A stretch of 64,000 bases of DNA from Myxococcota bacterium (GTDB lineage: Bacteria; Myxococcota_A; SURF-8; G963663525), in the NCBI GenBank assembly GCA_963676915.2, contig CAXXVK010000060.1, positions 128,001 through 192,000 on the forward strand, written 5' to 3'. The notes beneath the pieces are model-generated. The model ran no database searches and was not told where the DNA came from. It was given only the letters and a program-made list of their open reading frames with translations. Position 1 is the stretch's first letter, and every line of letters starts with the position of its first letter. Below, in pieces: positions 58,995-64,000 of this stretch. Both the position numbers and the translations under genes were made by a program.

Positions 58995-61900
58995 ATGAAA
59001 ATTACATGCGGAACCTGCTCCGCCAAATTTAAAGTGGCGGACAGCAAAATTCCGGACAAAGGGGTCGTGATCAAGTGTCCGAAATGCGGATCACCCATTC
59101 AAGTGGAAAAAGAAATTCCCGCCGAGGAGGCCGCACCTCAGGATCAGACACTGGACCCGTTGGATCTTCCTCCCGCGCCGGATTTCAATTCGGATTTGCC
59201 TCCGGCCGAGGATGTCGATGTGTTCGGCGCTGCAATTCAGGCTCCTCCCGAGGATGACGACGATGCTGGCGGGGTCACGTCCGGGACATTGTCGGATACG
59301 CAATTCAGTTTCGACGATCTCGGTCTGGACGAGGATCTCTCCCGTTCTGTGGACGATGACGATCTGTTCGATACCATTTCACCCGATTCGATTCCGACGG
59401 CCCCGGATATTTCCCTGGGCGATACGGAAGCACCCGCTTCCGCGTCGGCAGATGGCGTTGGGAAACTCGGTGCGACGAAATACGAGTTGGAAACCGGTTC
59501 GCAACAGGAAGACACCAGTTCTCTGACCCGTTTCGATCCCCTTCCCGCCGACACGCAATTCGGTGAAGATGCTACGGATTTCGGAGAAATCGATTACACC
59601 GGCAGCGATCAGGCTACCCAGGCGGTGTCCGACCCGCAAACCCAGATCGAGTCGGCCGAAGGTTCTCAGACGTTCAGCGAAATGGATATCGACCTTCCGG
59701 CTCCACCGGAAGAAGGCGGTCTGACCCAGTTCGCATCCCCCGACCAGTTAACCGGATTCGGCGAAGAAGATACGGATTTCGGTGCCGGGACGGACGTTAC
59801 GGATTTCGGTGGACGAGGCAACGAATTCACGGATTTCGGAGATCGCACGAATTTCGGCGATGTCGAGCAGTTGGGAGATGAACTTCTCGATCACCTGACC
59901 GATTTCGACACCAAAAAGACGTTTTCGGTCAAACGTCCCAGTGGGGATGTTGTCGGTCCTTTCACCGAAGATGCTATCCTGGACATGCTGGCTCGGGGCA
60001 AGCTTTCCGGCGAGGAACTGGTTGGTAAAGAGGACGACTGGACCCCGATCGTGGAAGTCGAAGCTTTTTCGGATGCCGCGCTTCAGGCACGTTCCCAGTT
60101 GGACTCGACCGAGGCCGTGATTCCGCAGGAATCGGAATCTCTGCTGAAAGAACGGGAACGCATTCAGGACGAAGCCAAACGCCGACGTCGGGCCGGTTCG
60201 CTCGATGTCGTTACCGGCGCTCGCGAAGGCAAACGACTTTTCAGCGGGAAAATTCTGGTCGCGCTACCGGTGATTGCCGTTCTGGCATTGGCCTTTGTAT
60301 ACTTCACGTTCATCGAAGAACGAGGCATCATCGACATTCTCACCGGCCACGATCCGTTGGAAGATGCGTACAAAGTCCGACTTTCCAACAATTCTCCGGC
60401 CTTGGTGTCCAAGTACAGCGAATACCTTTCGTTGATGTACAAAGACGACTTCCCCAGTTTGAGCAAAGCCCGCGAAAAGACACTGGAGACGCTCCAAGCC
60501 GAAAGCCCGTTCTGGGGAGAGGAACTGTTCCATGCCCTGCTTCATCTGGCGAATACGGAAATCATTCGCCGCTATGGTGGAGGCGTGCAGCTTCAACAGG
60601 AAGTCCAAAAGTCCGATGAAATCCTCCGGGCGGCGCAGGTGGTCAAAGACGACCCGGAATTCCACTTAGCCTTCGGTTCCTGGAATCTATGGAAACGGCA
60701 TTACGATACTGCGAAAAAAGAGTTCACCGAAGCGCTTTCGCTGTTCGGAAATCCCAACCACGAACGAACCTTGCATTTGCTGGCGGAAACCTACATTTTC
60801 CTTCCCGAAAAAGAACAGGGCTACCAGCACCTGAACAAACTCATCGAAAGCGACAAGGCCAACGCTCGAACGTATATCTTGTACGGATTGCTCTACGTTT
60901 CGGAAAAACGATTCGAAGAAGCTCGCGATCAATTCAACAAAGCACTTGAAATCGACCCGGAAAACCTGGACGCCCAGATCGAACTGGCGGCCACGACCAT
61001 GTACCTGCCGCAGGGAGAATCCAAGTCGATCAAAGAGCTGACCGAGATCAAAAACAAGAATCCCGATCGTCTTGCCCGTCGGCAACTGGGTAATATTCAT
61101 TACTACCTTTCTCTTGTCTACAAACGCCTCGATCAGTTGTACAAACAACAAAAAGAGTTGTTGGCCGCAATCGAGCAGGAGCCGGACAACTACATTTACC
61201 GTTTGAAGCTCGGGTATTTCCATCTCAACAAGCACGAGTACGAAAAAGCGGAAGAGCAGTTCGAGCACTGCAAGCTCAAAGCGCCGAAGGTAGCGGCCTG
61301 TCACGTCGGACTGGGAGAAGTGTTCCTGGCGACCAACCGCCCCGACCAGGCGTTATTCGTCATGGACAAAGTGGTCAAATGGGCCGCCAACGATTCCGAG
61401 GTTCATTTCCTTTTGGGTCGATCCTACGAAGGAATTTTCAAGCCGAAACTGGCGCTTGCGGAATTCAAAAAAGCCATGCAGCTCGATGGCAACCAGGTCC
61501 GGTATTTCACCCACACGGCCATGATGCACCTCAAGGATGGCAACCAGGTGGAAGCGGGTAACATGATTCAGCAGGCGTTGATGAAAGACCCGAATTCTTC
61601 ATGGGTTTTCAATGCCTTGGGTGAAATGCAACTCTACCAGAAAGACAACGCCACGGCGATCGAATCGTTCAAGGGAGCGATCAAAGCCAATCCGAAATTC
61701 ATTCCGGCATTGTACAATCTAGCCAACCTGTATCGCGACCAGGGACTGTACAGGCAAGCGATCGAAGAATACGACAAGGTGTTGGCACTCGACGAAAAGA
61801 GCGACCGTGCCCACTACGGTCTGGCAACGACGTATCTTGCACAGAAGCAACTCGATAAAGCCGTGGCCGAATTCGAACGGGCTTTGAGTCTCAATCGCCG

Positions 61901-62672
61901 CAATGCCGATTATTATTTCAATGCCGGTCTGGCCTACTACCAGAACGGCGAACGCGACGAAGCCCAAAAGCATTTCAACAAGGCCATCGAGCTTGCACCC
62001 AACCACAGTGGAGCGATGTTCTGGCGAGGCCGTGTCTATGCCGACCTGCTTCAATTCGACAAAGCCGTGGAAGCCTACGAGGCCGCTATTCAGCTCGACA
62101 AGGAAAACCCGAAAATTTACTACCACTTGGGAATGGTTTTCGAGCAACAGGACAAACCCGGCGACGCCATCGATCAATTCGATGCGGCATTGAAGTTGAA
62201 ACCGGACTTCCCGGATGTTTACGTGCGCCTGGGACTGGTGTACATGAGCCAGAACCGGATCATCCAAGCCATCAAGATGTTCAAAAACGCGCGTGACCTG
62301 AAAACCGGCGACATTGTGGCTACATTGGGTTTGGGGGATTGTTACGTCAGTCTCCAGCGCTACCAAAAAGCTATCAAGCTGTTCAAAGAAGCCATCGGTC
62401 GCAATCCCAATAATGCTCAGGCGCATTTCAAGCTTGGTGACGCCTACGCCCAGCAGTTGAAGTTCAAGGCGGCTCTACCCCATTTGAAGCGGGCTTTCAA
62501 CCTCGATCCTCTCGATCCACAAACCAACCGGCAGTTGGGTTTCGTGTACAAAGGACTGGATCAGAAAGCGTTGGCGATCCGTCATTTCCAGAATTATCTG
62601 GGACTGGAAGAGGAAAACAACGAGCAGGAAGATATCGAGGAAATCATTCTTCGAATGCGCAAAAACCTGTAA
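58995..62672 (+). CDS. Zinc-ribbon (MJ0042-type) / acidic linker / GYF-like / TM / multi-TPR protein
   Basis: CGTC...KIP..G..IKCPKC; VVGPFT...ML..GKL......W; TM; many TPRs. Confidence 0.88.
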   Translation: MKITCGTCSAKFKVADSKIPDKGVVIKCPKCGSPIQVEKEIPAEEAAPQDQTLDPLDLPPAPDFNSDLPPAEDVDVFGAAIQAPPEDDDDAGGVTSGTLSDTQFSFDDLGLDEDLSRSVDDDDLFDTISPDSIPTAPDISLGDTEAPASASADGVGKLGATKYELETGSQQEDTSSLTRFDPLPADTQFGEDATDFGEIDYTGSDQATQAVSDPQTQIESAEGSQTFSEMDIDLPAPPEEGGLTQFASPDQLTGFGEEDTDFGAGTDVTDFGGRGNEFTDFGDRTNFGDVEQLGDELLDHLTDFDTKKTFSVKRPSGDVVGPFTEDAILDMLARGKLSGEELVGKEDDWTPIVEVEAFSDAALQARSQLDSTEAVIPQESESLLKERERIQDEAKRRRRAGSLDVVTGAREGKRLFSGKILVALPVIAVLALAFVYFTFIEERGIIDILTGHDPLEDAYKVRLSNNSPALVSKYSEYLSLMYKDDFPSLSKAREKTLETLQAESPFWGEELFHALLHLANTEIIRRYGGGVQLQQEVQKSDEILRAAQVVKDDPEFHLAFGSWNLWKRHYDTAKKEFTEALSLFGNPNHERTLHLLAETYIFLPEKEQGYQHLNKLIESDKANARTYILYGLLYVSEKRFEEARDQFNKALEIDPENLDAQIELAATTMYLPQGESKSIKELTEIKNKNPDRLARRQLGNIHYYLSLVYKRLDQLYKQQKELLAAIEQEPDNYIYRLKLGYFHLNKHEYEKAEEQFEHCKLKAPKVAACHVGLGEVFLATNRPDQALFVMDKVVKWAANDSEVHFLLGRSYEGIFKPKLALAEFKKAMQLDGNQVRYFTHTAMMHLKDGNQVEAGNMIQQALMKDPNSSWVFNALGEMQLYQKDNATAIESFKGAIKANPKFIPALYNLANLYRDQGLYRQAIEEYDKVLALDEKSDRAHYGLATTYLAQKQLDKAVAEFERALSLNRRNADYYFNAGLAYYQNGERDEAQKHFNKAIELAPNHSGAMFWRGRVYADLLQFDKAVEAYEAAIQLDKENPKIYYHLGMVFEQQDKPGDAIDQFDAALKLKPDFPDVYVRLGLVYMSQNRIIQAIKMFKNARDLKTGDIVATLGLGDCYVSLQRYQKAIKLFKEAIGRNPNNAQAHFKLGDAYAQQLKFKAALPHLKRAFNLDPLDPQTNRQLGFVYKGLDQKALAIRHFQNYLGLEEENNEQEDIEEIILRMRKNL

Positions 62673-62697
62673 TTGTTAGATTTTTCACGCTTTTTTT

Positions 62698-62722
62698 ACC
62701 CCGCCTATACGGCGGGGTTTTT
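62698..62722 (+). terminator. Intrinsic terminator
   Basis: ACCCCGCC-TATAC-GGCGGGGTTTTT. Confidence 0.82.
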
Positions 62723-62754
62723 CGTGTCTGACGACAAAGAGGCGAAATCGCTAT

Positions 62755-64000
62755 TTACCCTCCGCAGACGTCGACCAGCGCCTTGCGGGCAGCATCGACC
62801 ATGAGGTCTATTTCCTCGATGGTCATCGTCAGCGGCGGCATGAACACCAGTACCGATCCCAGCGGACGCAGCATCACGCCGTAATCTCTGGCTTTGAGAC
62901 AGACTTTCGCCCCGATTTTCTCCTGCCAGGGATATTCCTCCAACGTAGCTTTGTCTTTCACCAGTTCGACACCGCACATCAAACCGCGTCGCCGGATCTC
63001 GCCGCAACAGTTCAATGGGGCGATCCATTCGTCCAGTCGTTGTGCGAAGTGCTTGATTTTCGGCTGGATTTCGTCCAGCACCTTCCCGGTTTCAAAAAGC
63101 TTCAAGTTGGCCAGTGCCGCCGCACAGGCCAGCGGATTTCCGGTGAAAGTATGGCCGTGGAAGAAGGTCCGAGCCTCTTCGTGGGTTCCTAAAAACCCTT
63201 CGAAAACCTGTGTGCTCGTCATCGTTGCAGCCAACGGCAGATACCCGCCGCTGAGTCCTTTGGCCAGCGCCATCAGGTCGGGACGTACGCCTTCCTGCTC
63301 GCAGGCGAACATCGTGCCGGTACGACCGAATCCGGTGGCTACTTCGTCGCAGATCAGCAAAACATCGTAGGCGTCGCATAGCTCTCGTACACGCTTGAGG
63401 TAACCCTCGGGTTGGGCCAACATCCCTGCCGCACCCTGCATCAACGGTTCGATGGTAAACGCCGCCGTTTCCTTGCCGTGTTTTTCGAAAGCCTGTTCCA
63501 AAGCGTCCCAGAAACGTTGCAACCCCTTGGGATCGTTCTCGGTTTTCGGCTCTCTCAGGTTGTACGGCGTCGGAACCCGGACCATTTCGAACAGCAACGG
63601 ATGATAAATACTATGGAATAGCTCGATACCGCCCAGCGATACCGAACCGATGGTATCGCCGTGGTACGCTTCACTCAATCCGATGAATTTTCGCCGATGC
63701 GATTGTCCGTTTTGCCTGTGGTATTGAAACGCCATTTTAAGGGCGATTTCCATCGCCGTGGAGCCGCTATCCGAATAAAAAACGTGATTCAGTCCTTCCG
63801 GGGTGATGTCCACGAGTTTTTCGGCCAGTCGGATCGATGGAACGTTGGCAAGACCCAACAACGTGGAATGCGCCACCTGGTCGAGCTGCTCCCGAATGGC
63901 ATTATCGATTTCCGGCACTTGATGCCCGTGTACGTTGGTCCACAGGCTGGCGATGGCGTCGAGGTAGCGCCGACCGTGGATGTCCTCCAGCCAGCAGCCC
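62755..64000 (-). CDS. bioA: Adenosylmethionine-8-amino-7-oxononanoate transaminase (5' end beyond window)
   Basis: YLDAIASLWTNVHGH, SDSGSTAMEIALK, AYHGDTIG, DEVATGFGRTG, AKGLSGGYLP, HGHTFTGNPLAC. Confidence 0.95.
   Translation of the reverse strand, partial: GCWLEDIHGRRYLDAIASLWTNVHGHQVPEIDNAIREQLDQVAHSTLLGLANVPSIRLAEKLVDITPEGLNHVFYSDSGSTAMEIALKMAFQYHRQNGQSHRRKFIGLSEAYHGDTIGSVSLGGIELFHSIYHPLLFEMVRVPTPYNLREPKTENDPKGLQRFWDALEQAFEKHGKETAAFTIEPLMQGAAGMLAQPEGYLKRVRELCDAYDVLLICDEVATGFGRTGTMFACEQEGVRPDLMALAKGLSGGYLPLAATMTSTQVFEGFLGTHEEARTFFHGHTFTGNPLACAAALANLKLFETGKVLDEIQPKIKHFAQRLDEWIAPLNCCGEIRRRGLMCGVELVKDKATLEEYPWQEKIGAKVCLKARDYGVMLRPLGSVLVFMPPLTMTIEEIDLMVDAARKALVDVCGG

Overview
64 kb of bacterial chromosome, moderately GC-rich. 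Gene content (Cys-rich lipoproteins, zinc-ribbon/GYF/TPR protein, Ser/Thr kinase-FHA pair, zapA-6S-rny, mtnP-pfkB) suggests a deltaproteobacterial or Myxococcota-like lineage; this is inference. Housekeeping genes (prmC, mtnP, thrS, sppA, lapA/lapB, zapA, ssrS, rny, bioA) are interleaved with envelope, TPR and lipoprotein genes and signalling proteins. The first ~15.4 kb carries many frameshifts that look like assembly indels. Most notable: (1) a DUF1573 lipoprotein with an in-frame TGA exactly at the first Cys of its SCGC motif, followed by a SECIS-like hairpin, a probable selenoprotein; (2) a complete IS5-family element inserted in the 3' end of an AT-rich GIY-YIG gene whose original tail can be rebuilt; (3) two REP/REPIN palindrome families and two MITE families, including inverted REPs that bracket an AT-rich orphan gene; (4) unusual domain fusions: a kinase with an L7/L12-CTD-like domain and a dead peptidase sensor, an acyltransferase with a histone-like tail, a hybrid kinase with a dead ATPase, and an active/inactive transglutaminase pair; (5) an orphan rSAM/SPASM enzyme resembling the rSAM/lipoprotein class. 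No CRISPR array, tRNA or rRNA was seen. All family calls come from visual motif recognition, not database searches.
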